In this document: positions 11,041 through 23,249 of the stretch, piece after piece
Numbering within the stretch: position 1 is the stretch's first letter
Layout: every line of letters begins with the position of its first letter
Source of the DNA: Piedraia hortae CBS 480.64
Lineage: Eukaryota
Direction of reading: 5' to 3'
Length of the DNA: 64,000 nucleotides
NCBI GenBank assembly: GCA_010093745.1
Contig: MU006020.1
Span: forward strand, 1-64,000
Notes under the pieces: generated by a model
The model's database searches: none
Seen by the model: the letters and a program-made list of their open reading frames with translations, nothing else
Told to the model about the DNA's origin: nothing
Position numbers and translations under genes: made by a program

Positions 11041-13052
11041 GCAGGAGGCTAGTAGAAAGCATGTCTGAGCGGTGTGCAGCTGTGGTTGCGGCCAAAGGTG
11101 GCCATATGACGTCTTAGGTGTAGATGTCGTGACCCGGCACAAAACTGCCTGCATGCTTAGTAAGCACACTGTTTTATACTTCTCGGGACATACATTTTAT
11201 AGGGTTGAAGTCGGTAGGCGGAACGGCCCATGCCGCTTATGCGTCACATTGGCAGAAAATTGTCACTGAAGTTAGAGATGAATATAGGTAGATATTTCAG
11301 TCTCGTTTTCGCCGGGTGGATCTGAGAGTCTCCTTTATACTAGCTTGCCCCACGTGGTCCGTGTGTCAGTTGACATTGTCTGCATTGTTTTACGTACCTA
11401 TACAGCAAACAACATATACTTTAAGGCCTGGAAACATCAATCGAGATTTTTGCTGATGTTACAGCCCCGGTTTCCTCCGCGGCAACATGAAGGATACCGT
11501 GTCCTCAATGCCAGACACAGCCGGCATCTTGCGATGGCTGCCTTTTGCAAGGACCAACGCATCACTTACCCTGAAAATGCAACTGGCGAGACAGCATCAA
11601 CGTAGCACAAAAATTCAGCAGGAACTGGCCAAGAATAATGAGACCGCTTTACCCAGTGGCAAAGCCTTTTTCGCAACCTTTGGAATGCTTGCGGAAGCCA
11701 ATGCGCATATCCATAGCCTGCAGCAAAAGCGGAGTACCACCAATGCCACAGCCAAATTCGAGATTGGAAGATGTATTGCAACGAAATAAGCAGCGAAACA
11801 GGTACAACTCCAGCTTGGTGCCAGTTGCGGAGCTCTCATATCATAGAGCCAGGAGGACGGCCGGAAATCGAGCAATCGACAAAGCAAGTGTTAAACTTCA
11901 ATGTTTCATTGCAGAGTTACAAAAGTCGTTGGACAGGAGAATAAGCTTGGAGCAAACATGGATACTCGTCGCATTTGAGCCTATAGCATGCAACTTGCAT
12001 TATCAAGCCGATCTTTTCCGCATTGTCTATGCCTTGGCAGCGCTGGGAAGAGTCTGAATGAGACATTCAATGGGCTAGATGAGTTCGAATGACTCGGACG
12101 CGGCCGGAAGTAAGGAAATATATTGCTATATACTCACTCGCTCCTGCATTAGTGGCATCAAGCGAATTACACCCAAACGAAATATCTTGGGCCAAGGGTG
12201 CTAGCTCGTAACAGTGGTTACCCTTCCTCGCCGAGCTGACATCGCCTTTGGCAGCATGCAGGACTTCCGTTATATTTCACTAGTCGGAAAGTATACCTTA
12301 CCACGGAAATATTCGAGCCTATTCTCGGCCCTATGATATCCACCACGCTCAGTGCAACGAAAGGGTTGAATGTCACTCTTTAAATGCAACACGAAACAAC
12401 ACACAAACACTCATTTGCGTTGCAACCTTGACCCGCGACTCAGCACAAAACTACTTGGCCTCTTGGCTTGGTACAATCTTGCGATGTTGACGTTTTACTC
12501 CAACTTTGCAGCGAGGCAACATAAATTCGAACATCCAATTGTCAAACATTCGCAGCATGTTCCTCCATAGATATGATTGATACAAGCACGTTAGCACGGT
12601 AAGCCCTGTGCCAGATAAGTTATATAGGTGGTAGTTAGAACGTCCGAGGCTTCGCAGGGCTTTCTGCCTCAGAAGAGCTTTCTCCTGTGACGAGATCACG
12701 TCATCGCGTGGTCTCGGCAAATGCGGTCTGGTCAACTGTGGGTCTGTGGAAGACGTTACGTTAGCTCTTAGCACGGAGAAGCGTACACAGTTACACACAC
12801 CTTTTGGCCCAGACTTCACGTGTTACACGTACATCCATATGGCGGCCAGTGCAATCTAGCTCTCATTCACACGGTTGCTAACATCTTTCAGACCTTCAAG
12901 TATGCGCCATGCCATGATAGTGCAAGCCCAGAAGATGGGAGAGCCACTTCTCAAAAGATTCGTATGAACATTGGCAGTGACTTCGTCTCGTCTATCTGTC
13001 CGCTCTGCGAGATGGTTCAGTTCAAGCGGTCAGCCCTCTCATCAATGGGCTG

Positions 13053-13670
13053 GAATACGCTGACGACGTTTTCTCTTATATGAAAGCGCTGGAAAGAAAT
13101 TCAATGACAGGTCCAATGTACTGGTCACGGCAGTCAAAGTTCGACTGGTTTTCCCGAGAGAAGGCGGTGGACTGGATGGGAGTAGCTTGTGACCACTTTG
13201 GCCTTCGGGAGAGGCTTTCTTCTTGGCGGTTAATCTCTTTGACCGAATCCTCTCAGTGTGCGTTATCTATTCAGAGAAGCTGCCTCTCCTGAGAATAACT
13301 TACCTTGTCATTGCAACCAAGTATAAAACCCAGTATGTGCCACGCGTGGCCGACCTTGCGAAACTGGCCACCTACAGCATAAAAGACAACCACGATGTGG
13401 AAGTATCTGTCTTACAGACATTTTAGTACCGTCTTGCCTACACAAACCGACTCATTCCCTGGGCCGAATCGCAGTTGTGAAGGGCATCGTCCATGTGGAA
13501 TGTCGAGGCATCTAATGGTGGAAGCCATCATTAGTCCACGCTTCCTGCATATACACCATCCCACCTTGCCGCAGCCGCGCTTTCCCTTGCTCCCTTCATC
13601 ACTGGCCGTGGAAATTGGTAGGATGAGCCTTGTAGGGCCTCAGGATACGAGGACGCCGAGCTACTGCCAT
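13053..13670 (+). pseudogene. Degenerate B-type cyclin (cyclin box)
   Basis: EYADDVFSYMKALE..REKAVDWM..FLAVNLFDRILS..KLPLL.IT.LVIATKY..PSHLAAAALSLA..GRGNW..SGY; frameshifts and stops. Confidence 0.8.
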
Positions 13671-16600
13671 AAGCAAGATAGCATGTCGAAGCGAGCGACC
13701 GTGCGGAACAACCTTGACATGAAGTTGAAATAAAGTTTTGTTGTTCATGCTTGAACATAATCCTCTACATAGGGTGGATCGTCCTGCCCGACTAGAACAA
13801 TCGCTTCATCAACGAGCTCTTGAGGGGCTGTCGATTGACGATAGGTGCTAGTGTATAGACAAATCAAAAGAGCCGCTACTGGTAAATATGCCATCCATTT
13901 ACTACTTTTCAGTCCCAATTTACACCGCTGGCACAGAGACTATGCGTGTTCGTCGGTAGTCCGCAAGACATGGCTGACTAGCGGCATCATGATAAGTCAC
14001 AGAGTCCAAGTTCACTGGAAGTTGCAAATGGCGTTACCACGATTGAGGCACGAGTAAATGACGATAGATCACTGTTCCACAAAGCCTTACAAGCTCGCGC
14101 AATATGTTTATGCACCCGACCAAACATTCTTTGTGCCCTACAGAGCAGCGTTCAGCTCCTGAGAGAGTGAAGATACCCAGTTCCTTCCACATTAAAAAAT
14201 CAACCTTGGAGGAATGAAACACCTAACTCGTAGGATTGTGGCACTAAACACGATTGGATGTTGCAAAAGCTAGCGCGCTGTGATTTCAGCGCCAAAATTA
14301 TCTTCCTCGTCGAGCTGGACTGTAAAATTTCGCCGCCAGAATGGTTCAAAGAGGTCCCTATCGTCATCACAACGTGGCTGAGCCGCTTGAGCCTCCTGTC
14401 AGGTGAATTATCGCCCCAGGTGGCGATTTCGAGATGAAGATCGGCATTATAGCCTGCATCGCTGACCGGAAAGATGCGTATCTCCAAGACCTCATGCAAT
14501 CTCTTGTTCAGGATTGTGACCTTGACTGGTGATATAGAGTAAGGAGCTGGGGGTATAAAGGCGAGGAGTTATTAGAGAGGCATCTTGTCTTAGAAATCAT
14601 GGCGACCAAGACACTCCTGGCGTGTCCGTCTCCTTTTCCCAACGCCTTTGCATTGACATGCAGCTCGTGGTCTTATTGGTACGAAACAAGTTGTGTGAGC
14701 AACAGTTGTACGTGAGCGGAAATCTGATGTCCCTCAGTGATTGCCTCCGCCCCTTCGGGTGAGATCACGTGCCCCGGCTAATCCCTGGCTGACCATAGCG
14801 CCTCTTGGTCAGTATATTTGCCCTCACTTCCTGACTTCATACTGGGCTAGTAGCGCGGGCGGGGTAGGTAGACCACTGCCCATTCAAATGGGCCTGGGAG
14901 ACCCCTGGTCCGAATGCTGTAAGAGCAAGATGCCCAATCCACGCTGCCTGATCATACTGCGTTTGCCGCGCTTCTCTTAATTCATCCTGGAGCTATACAC
15001 AGGCTCGTTACCTATGTAATAAGGGCGGCGTGAGGGGAGATGGACAAACAGCGGCTTCGGTGGGTACTCTTTTTTTCTTTCTCATATCGCCCCTGTCAGA
15101 ACATCCCTGATGTTGGGCAGCTGAGAGACAGTATGGTGCTAATGATGTTACTGTCTCTATCTCCGATGAGGGTCTTCCCGGTCCTTTATGGAACGGAGGA
15201 TGCACGCTTGTCTCTCTGTGTAACCTTGTGGCGTTACACAACAATTTTCCCTCAGAGACGTCATTGCCAGGCTACTCACACCTGGACTGTACTGCGTCTT
15301 GTACTTTCACGTACCAGGTTGAGGAGAAGCCTATACAAGCAAAGCAAACTCCCTGGACCAGCACAGCCCACTCTGTGCTATGTCGAAGTTGGAAGGCAAT
15401 TTTTCGATCAATATGGATTTTTTGTATCATTAGCATCCATTGAAAGTGGTAGACATGGCGAAACCATATATTTGACATTATTAAAAAGAGATTGAAATTA
15501 CAATTATGACTTCACCGCTCACTCATACACCTTAGATATTACTTCGACACTCTGCACGGGGTAGGTTCAGAAGACTGGAAAAACGTGCCAATATCAAGTA
15601 AAAATATGCGCAACAGGTCACAAGGATAGTTGATTGTTTTTGGCTGACAATCTTTGGAACGATTGAGTGATGGGAAACGTTAAAGGATGAGTGGAGATTC
15701 TGTTTCCTGTGCAATGTAGCCGTTGGAAGATGGTTTGCGTAGCGTAATTGTTCTGGAGATAGAGTTATTCGAATTATCATTCTCTGCTGTTCTTCAGAGA
15801 GCCTATATACAAGTAACTCCTTTGTTCAAACAGCTCCAAACACAACTCCATTACCTACTGTCCTCCTAATCACACTTTTGGAGTATCTACTATGCAGGAT
15901 TACCCTTATAGTCTTTGCTATTTGGCCAAGGTATGGCACCGAAACTTCTCAACAACAGCAGCTGCTATTGACATTCCCTAGAGAAAACCTGATGGCCCGT
16001 TGGCGACTTGTGACGCGTGTTTAGCTTCTTCCTCTTTGAAATTCTTGTACATTGGAGAGCGACGGCGCTAATTGATAAACCGATTCTCCACCTGCGTCTT
16101 GATAATGGGTTGTTCAAGGCTCCAATCCTCCTGTGACGCAAAGCTAGCGTGAACCTATCTAGCAACGATGCATGGGGAGATACTTATGCAACAGACCGAT
16201 CTCATCCTGACAAGAAACTTATTGTCTTCATCGGTTGGGTAAGAACGAACGAGATCCCGTTCGGCCCAAATTTTCGTGAAATCAACAGCTCGCCCAGATG
16301 GATTGCGGTTACTGCTGGAGAGGTTTACCTACACGATGGGTGCAGGGCCATTCTCTTCGCGCAGGCAATCGCAGAGCTCATACCGTTTGTACCTGGCTCC
16401 CTCCGAATGTATTGTAGCTGATAGTATCGACCTGCAGGAAGGGAAAAAGTCAAGGACTGCCACTCAAAACCAGGCAGAGTGCCCTTTACATGTATCTGGG
16501 GAAGAGGAGAGCAAGTACAGGCTTGTATACCGTTATCTTGTAGTAGATTCTAGACAGAAACCTTTTGATCATCGGACCTGTCCATTGAAATGCATACAAC

Positions 16601-18288
16601 CTTGAAGCGATAATTAGATTTTCCCTACAGCGAGCTTTTAATGTTCTATGTACAGATGTGCAGTCTGGAATCTTTTGGCATGAAGCCTCGTTGCTATGAG
16701 CACGTGAGCATATGGCTAGACTTCTCAGGGTTTTTACCTCACAGATGCGTGGTCACGTCACATGATGTGATTACAGTAAATGCGGTCCGGACCGTGCCGC
16801 AATGTGGGGCAGTCGTGGCATTTCACCTTAACACCTCACTTTGTCAGAACTCAGGGCCTACAGCATGCGGAAGGGCCCGGTCCGTCCACGGCCCGAGTCT
16901 AGTGGCCCCACTGCGGCACATACTCAGGCGGCACTGACTTTTCTCTTCTATTCTTCATGCGTTGTTCTATGTCTACATAGGGTCTATGCAGTCCTCTCGT
17001 CCATAGCGCATTGCTTTGAGCCTCTCACTCTTGTCTCTCATCGATCCCTAGACCCCGACCCTCGTTCTTAGCCTCGTATCGTGACACACTTCCTTAATAC
17101 TTTAAGACAACATAAGAATACAAATCAATGCATGAGCATAATCACAGATACTGTAGTTGCTCCCACTTTCTGGGTCCATATTGCATATGACGCTACGCTT
17201 GATCACCACCTCCATATTCCATCATAATCGAAATAATGCGTAAGTTACATTTGCTTAGGCCAACATACCCTCCGAGGCTCATGGTTCATATGTGAAATAA
17301 GTGGACCGGCGCAACGGGCGGTTAATTATGCGGGAACCGGGGAACTGGGGGGGTGGTGGGCCTGTAATGACAGCGCCGATCGCGCCTAGGGTTAAACCGG
17401 TTGCAGCTAGAATTAGGTGTAAATTCGATAGCAAATTGCATCTGGCAACTGTATCTGGGACATAGACAAATGGGAAAATGGATTGCCGGAATATTTGGAA
17501 ATCTCTCCATTTGGGTCAAATTTTCCGCACTCTGAGACTGGCACTCGATTTTTTACTCAACAAAGTATCCAATTTTGCCCATTAAACCTTAAGCGTTTGT
17601 CGCTGTTACTTTAGATGGAGATCTCCGTACGACATGAGACCTGACTGGGAAGATGTGCTAATTTTTTCTGCATCGAACGGTACCAATGTCATGTTTGAAT
17701 GTGAAGGCGTTTGATTTGTTGTGGCAATATATGTGGAATCTTGTTTAGAAAGATCACTAGCGCGGAATGCTGACATTTTGCAACCAGTTGTAACAAGCTG
17801 GCGTTTTCAACCGCACATAAGCTGACATAAACTGAGAATTTCGTGCGTCATGAACTCACCCCTCACGATAGGGTGTGAAAAACTTCCAGACTTGTAGCTT
17901 ATCAGAGTGTTCCGCTGGAGCGGCCAAACGGCACATCCACCTTGAGGATCCAAGAAACCCGAAAACGGAATTCCTGCGATTTCTATGCCCAAAACTCCCT
18001 CCTGTCGGTTCATCAATTAATCTTTCAGCTATCACGAATCAACGCGCAGCATAGCCATAACCTGGCGATGTAAATCGACACTAACGTCCCTAAACCGACC
18101 AAACAGCACACAGGCAGACAATGGGCTTGAACCCTACAGAAAAACGCTATTGTACAAAATTCGCCATCCCTCTCATCCTCTCTACACTCTCTAAGCCTCT
18201 CCCCTCACGAAGTGAACCTCTTTCTCTGCTAACCCACCCAGCAAACAACCCACACAATACACATTAAACCCCCGCGTGGCATCCCTCC

Positions 18289-21200
18289 TCAAATCTGCCC
18301 CTCCACAAAACCGAGGGCATCCCCCCTCCCCACCAAATCGATCCTACTCTCCTTCCTCCTATAACTAACCCCATAACACCGATCCGCCACCTGCACCATC
18401 TCCGGTCGAAAAGTCGTACAAATAAACTGCGCTTGGGACCCCTTCAACACCGCTGCCACAGCGGCCCTATACTGCGAATCAAGATTCGCATCAATTTCAT
18501 CGAAGAGATAGAATGGCGCGGGGTCCGTAGCCTGTAGTGCAAAAACGAGCGCTAGGGCGCACAAGCTCTTCTGCCCTCCACTGAGCTGTTGGATCCGCTG
18601 TGGCTCGTGGGAGGGCGTGAAGGAGACGGAGATACTCACCCCCGTGTAGTTTTCGATTGAAGAGGAGGAGCTAGGATTGTCTGTCCGACGTTGGATGATC
18701 AAACTCCCCCGCCCCGCAGGGACGAGACGGGAGAAGATACTGCTAAATTCACGGGAAACCTGCCGGAATGTCCGGTCGATCGCTTCATCCTTGCGGGTGT
18801 CCAGCACGGTGATGAGTTCGCGGATGCTGGAATCCGACGTGTCGAGCTCGGATCGGCGGGAGAGAAGGGTCTCTCGCTGACGCTCGAATTGAGTGAATTG
18901 TTCGATTGCTTTTTTGTTGACGTGGCCGTATTGTTTTAGGGTTTGTTGGATGGTGTGCAGACGGGAGGTGGCGGTTGAGGAGGTCATTGTTGTGTAGGGT
19001 GGCAAGAATGCTGCGTCGGGGAGTACGCCGAGGGAGCGGATTTGTGTGGACACTTCGTGGAGGCGGGAGTTGATTGCTGACCGCTTTTGGGCGCCCTTTT
19101 CGAGGGACTTTTGGTGGGCCCGGATTGAGTGCGTGAGGGTTTCGATTTGGTGGAGGGTCGCTTCGCGGGTGGTTTGGGTGGTGGTTAGTTGAGTGAGGGC
19201 GTCTTCGGTGGTGGTCTCGTTGGTTGTGAGTTTGGCTTGGAGGTGAAGGAGGGTTGAGTTGGTTTGCGAGACGAGCTCGCGTTGGGAGGTGATTTGGACT
19301 GAGGTGATGGACGCTCCGCTTGCGTCGGAGAGGGTGAGGAGTTGGTCTAGACGCGGTTGGAGGTTCTCGCGGAGTTCGATTTCGAGGGTTTGTTTCTGTT
19401 GTTCCAGCTCTGAGCGTTGGCGGGAGGCTTGGTTGCATTGTTTTTGCAGATCGGGAATGCGTGCGTTGAGGGAGTCTAGTGACTGCTCCTCCTCCGCAGA
19501 CAAGGCACGCTCAAAAGCGCTGTTCAGTTCAGCCTCGTAGCCGACAATTTGCTCTTGTAAACTCCGCGTCATGGCCTCTACATTCTCCTTTGCACGTCGC
19601 TTCTGTTCGAGTTCATCCTGCTTAGAATGCAGCTCAGCCTCTCTCCGACGCAGTTCCTCCCGCAACGGACCATAACCCGTTTCCAGCTGCATCCGCTTCT
19701 GCTCGGCTTTTTGCCCATCGGACATTGCCTTTGTGACCTCCTGGTTCAATCGCTCCAACTGAGTTTGAATCTCCTGCTTTCGCCGGTTCAGCGTTTCAAA
19801 CGTCTCACGCGTCTGAACTAGACGCTTCAGACCGGAGATGCGAGAGCTGCGGACGTCATAAAACCCACCAGTCAAGGCTCCTTTCTTATCAGACCGGTCA
19901 CCTTCCATGGTGATAGCCGAAATCTGATGTGAACGGGCATACTGTGCAGCCACCTGCAGGTTCGGACAGATGACAGTCTGACCAAAGACCTGCTGCATGG
20001 CCTTTTCAAACTTTGGGTCGTAGGTCAGTTTACTCACAAGATGCACGGCGTCCTGGGCCTTGGGCATGTTCACCGTTCGCACCTTGACACGATTTAACGG
20101 TACAAAAGTCACTCTGCCGCCCTCCTTCTTCAACGCTTCTAGAATCAGCGTCGCCGTGTCATCGTTGTCAACAACATAATGATAAAGGGACGTCCCGGCA
20201 GTCACTTCAGCAGCCGTTTTGAGTCGCTCCTCCACTTCAAAAAGCTCACCAAGAACACCGTAGGCCCCCTGGACATTATTCCGCATGACAAATCGACGGA
20301 CGTTCTCCAGCCCTTTGCTGGTGCTCTGATCCATTTGTCTGCTGGTAATCCTCTGAGCCTTTTCGACCTCATTTCGCGCCGTCTCAAGGGCGGAATCAAG
20401 ACGGGCTTCCTCCCTCCACAGCTCCCTCCTCTCATCTTCTAACCGAGCTCGAGTCTCTTTTGCAAAAGTAGCCTGCCGCTGGATATCCTCCTGCTGCCCA
20501 CCACGATTCTCAATACGCGAGCGCATTTCAGAGATGTTCCTCTCCAACTCCCCGATCTGCTTCTCCAACCTCTCAACATCAGCGGAACTCTGCGACACAA
20601 TCTCCTGTCTGGTAGCCAAGGAAGCCTTGGTATCGGCCATCTGCTCTTTGAGAAACGCATCCCGCTCCTTTTTGCTGCGAAACTGTGAGTGACGACTCTG
20701 CTTAGCATACAGCCTACTACGAGCAGCTTCATCGTCCTGCAATCTTTGCTTCAGCTCTCGCTCCTCTCCCTTTTTAGCGTTGTATCCTGGAAGAAGCTGT
20801 GTCAGTTCTTCTTCCACTTCAGATATCCGACCCTCGACTTCCTTTTGATCACGCATTCGCTGGGCCTGCATTTTTTCAGTGGATTTTTGGTTGCTGATGA
20901 GATTCTGCAGATCCAGCTCCGCTTTTGCTTTTTGTTTTGACACTAGAGTGCGCTCGTCTTCTAGCTGGGCTCGCTCTTCTTGGAGCAGTTTGATATTGGC
21001 CTGAAATTTCTGAATCTCGCCGTCTATCGTCTCTAGTTCGTCTTGACAAGTCTGCAGAGCTTCCCGGTCGGCATCATTCTGCTCTACGCCGTCCTCTCTT
21101 TGGCTGTCTAGAGCTTGCAGGGCTTCGGTCAGGGCGGCTTGGTCTTTTTGGTGGATGGTATACTCCAAACACCGTCTTTCTCGGTCACTTTCCTGGAACG

Positions 21201-21834
21201 CGCGGAGTTCTTCCTTTTCCTCTTCTAAATCTTCTAGTCGTCCGCGAATATGCTCCAGAAGCTCATCGATTTTGGCGCGTTTGTGCTCTGTCTCGTCCAT
21301 GATGCGTCTAGACTCTGCCCGTCTCTGCTCGTAGACGTTTGTCCCAGCAATGTCCTTCAACAACTCCAGTCTCTTCGCATCGCCCATGTTGGTGATAGCT
21401 GTGATGCGACCCTGAGGGACGATGTAGTACGGGTTCGTCCTGCTGAAGCCAGCCGTCTCGAGCATATTCATGACTTCATTCCTGGTTGTGTTCTTGCGAT
21501 TGAGACTGTATTCGTCCTTCTTTTGGCCAATGGTCCGACGGAGAATGACTTCATCCGTGTCTGTGGGAAAGCGGCCGTCGCTGTTGTCGAAGATGACTTC
21601 TACGTAGGCGCTCATCATGGCGGCGCCGCTGCCTTCGTGGAGCAGAGCCTGGCGCTCTTCGCGACCCATCATAACGTACTTGTCGCTGAGCACAAACTGG
21701 ATTGCGGCGAAGAAGTTGCTCTTTCCGGAGCCATTGCGGCCGACGATGACGTTGAGTTTGGGACTGAAGGGTTCGATGACCGTCTGGTCCTTGTAGGACT
21801 TGAAGCCCTGGATGATCATCTGCTTGATGTACAT
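18289..21834 (-). CDS. SMC3: Cohesin subunit Smc3 (SudA), intronless, 1181 aa
   Basis: IIQGFKSYKDQ, Walker A GRNGSGKSNFF, hinge GALTGG, signature LSGGQKS, Walker B FYLFDEIDANLD. Confidence 0.98.
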   Translation of the reverse strand: MYIKQMIIQGFKSYKDQTVIEPFSPKLNVIVGRNGSGKSNFFAAIQFVLSDKYVMMGREERQALLHEGSGAAMMSAYVEVIFDNSDGRFPTDTDEVILRRTIGQKKDEYSLNRKNTTRNEVMNMLETAGFSRTNPYYIVPQGRITAITNMGDAKRLELLKDIAGTNVYEQRRAESRRIMDETEHKRAKIDELLEHIRGRLEDLEEEKEELRAFQESDRERRCLEYTIHQKDQAALTEALQALDSQREDGVEQNDADREALQTCQDELETIDGEIQKFQANIKLLQEERAQLEDERTLVSKQKAKAELDLQNLISNQKSTEKMQAQRMRDQKEVEGRISEVEEELTQLLPGYNAKKGEERELKQRLQDDEAARSRLYAKQSRHSQFRSKKERDAFLKEQMADTKASLATRQEIVSQSSADVERLEKQIGELERNISEMRSRIENRGGQQEDIQRQATFAKETRARLEDERRELWREEARLDSALETARNEVEKAQRITSRQMDQSTSKGLENVRRFVMRNNVQGAYGVLGELFEVEERLKTAAEVTAGTSLYHYVVDNDDTATLILEALKKEGGRVTFVPLNRVKVRTVNMPKAQDAVHLVSKLTYDPKFEKAMQQVFGQTVICPNLQVAAQYARSHQISAITMEGDRSDKKGALTGGFYDVRSSRISGLKRLVQTRETFETLNRRKQEIQTQLERLNQEVTKAMSDGQKAEQKRMQLETGYGPLREELRRREAELHSKQDELEQKRRAKENVEAMTRSLQEQIVGYEAELNSAFERALSAEEEQSLDSLNARIPDLQKQCNQASRQRSELEQQKQTLEIELRENLQPRLDQLLTLSDASGASITSVQITSQRELVSQTNSTLLHLQAKLTTNETTTEDALTQLTTTQTTREATLHQIETLTHSIRAHQKSLEKGAQKRSAINSRLHEVSTQIRSLGVLPDAAFLPPYTTMTSSTATSRLHTIQQTLKQYGHVNKKAIEQFTQFERQRETLLSRRSELDTSDSSIRELITVLDTRKDEAIDRTFRQVSREFSSIFSRLVPAGRGSLIIQRRTDNPSSSSSIENYTGVSISVSFTPSHEPQRIQQLSGGQKSLCALALVFALQATDPAPFYLFDEIDANLDSQYRAAVAAVLKGSQAQFICTTFRPEMVQVADRCYGVSYRRKESRIDLVGRGDALGFVEGQI

Positions 21835-21878
21835 CGCTGCAACCGTTGGCGGACAACCGTTCGCATTCAGGCCCGTTC

Positions 21879-21911
21879 TGTCGCGTCGCGTCCCGTCGCG
21901 TCGTGCGCGTC
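21879..21911 (-). promoter_or_regulatory. Cluster of ACGCG (MCB-like) cores upstream of SMC3
   Basis: Minus strand gacgcgcacgacgcgacgggacgcgacgcgac, 45-80 nt upstream of ATG; cohesin genes are known MBF targets in yeasts. Confidence 0.45.
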
Positions 21912-22042
21912 AAAGGCGGGGGCGGGACGGGCCGCAACGTTAGCCAATCACAAACGAGTGCGGGGCTGTCACACAAACCACACTTCATCCTTACGTTTAG
22001 GCTAGGACTACGTAACATAAGAGTAGTGGCGTTATATTCCGT

Positions 22043-23086
22043 TCACTGTTCATTATGCAAACTCTCCCACTCCGCCTGCATATCCTCTGTCCACTCAAGG
22101 GCCATCTCAGGCCGCTGCAACAACTTCACCTTGGTCCTCCGTTCGAGCACATCAAAGTCCAGGTGAGTCTGATAAACAATCAACCACGCTCTCTGCAACC
22201 CCCCAGCATGAGCCAGATGCTCCACAAACCAGGCTGCCGACGCCTTTGAACAATGCTTACCCTTCTTCCACCTCTCCCATTCATGCCAAATCTCGTCTTC
22301 CGCCTTGCACAAACTTAACAGAGCCATCCAGGCATAGAAACACTGTGCATCGTCCCTGTCCAGCCATGTCTCTAGATGGAACTTGTTCTTCTCCTGCAGC
22401 CCTTCACAATCATTGAACCCCGTGCAAACCTGTAATAAATCATCTCTCCGCCACCTCCCATTCCTAATCTCCCCCAGCCCTCTATGTCCAATCGAACACT
22501 TTGCCGCTATCGCCCGGAACAGCGTATTGGTCATCCTACACTTCCCCTGCCTAAATACAGCTAAATACTTCCTCATCGCATCCAAACTCCTCGCTCGTGC
22601 CGCAAACTTGACCCCCAAATGGTAATACGCACTACTGACAGGAACTCCGTAGACTGTAAACCGAGCAATGATACCAGTGATCACATTTAACACAGCACCA
22701 TCGCTCGCACACCGTCTGAGCGCATATAATGCACATACAATCGACTCTGTGAGTTTCGGCAGGATCATCTGGTGTTTCCGTCCGCGGATGAGTGCGGCTG
22801 CGACTGCGCGATTGAGATGACGGGGAGTTTCGCAGAGGAGGAGCTGTGCGTGGAGGATGCGACGGAAATGAGTCGCGTCGCGGGCAGAGTCCAATGCACG
22901 ACGGAAGACATCACTGTAGCTTTCTCCGGGTAGAGCATGGGGGAGGAGAGGAAGACGTTTGGCGGGGGGTCTAATGTTGCGTCCTCGTGGAGGGTCAGGG
23001 AAGGGGTTGGAGAGGGATTTTAGGATAATGACTCGTTGATCGCGCGTTCGCCAGAGCAGTTCCAGGTGCCAGTGTGCTGATTGCAT
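22043..23086 (-). CDS. Hypothetical protein (347 aa), helical, possibly mitochondrial
   Basis: ATG-initiated ORF filling the gap between SMC3 and RIO1, basic and protein-like; no motif recognised. Confidence 0.7.
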   Translation of the reverse strand: MQSAHWHLELLWRTRDQRVIILKSLSNPFPDPPRGRNIRPPAKRLPLLPHALPGESYSDVFRRALDSARDATHFRRILHAQLLLCETPRHLNRAVAAALIRGRKHQMILPKLTESIVCALYALRRCASDGAVLNVITGIIARFTVYGVPVSSAYYHLGVKFAARARSLDAMRKYLAVFRQGKCRMTNTLFRAIAAKCSIGHRGLGEIRNGRWRRDDLLQVCTGFNDCEGLQEKNKFHLETWLDRDDAQCFYAWMALLSLCKAEDEIWHEWERWKKGKHCSKASAAWFVEHLAHAGGLQRAWLIVYQTHLDFDVLERRTKVKLLQRPEMALEWTEDMQAEWESLHNEQ

Positions 23087-23096
23087 CCTGTTGTCG

Positions 23097-23215
23097 AGTC
23101 AGACGTCACAGTCGTCACATCAGATGTCACACATGTCAGCAGATGTCACATGTGTCACCGACATCACATCACGACATCACATCACAAATCACAAATCACA
23201 GCATCACAGTGACCG
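23097..23215. repeat. TCACA/CATCA-rich tract in the divergent promoter before RIO1
   Basis: Many tcaca/catcac units. Confidence 0.7.
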
Positions 23216-23249
23216 CGGGCACAGTGAAAATTCTTCCACGAACAGGGAA

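Noticed and set aside
14200..16450. Possible decayed genes (permease-like or other); similar remnants at 8.8-9.5, 11.5-12.0, 24.9-25.3 and 43.4-44.4 kb
   Set aside because: Protein-like patches but no motif I can assign with confidence
16642..17085. Possible further solo LTR ending GTGACA
   Set aside because: Left end and TSD not identifiable
21250..22005. Long alternative ORFs (also 24233-24922, 41075-41827, 49125-49586)
   Set aside because: Antisense shadows of real genes with biased codon use
23091..23249. His/Ser-rich N-terminal extension of Rio1
   Set aside because: Non-ATG start; translation of the TCACA promoter tract
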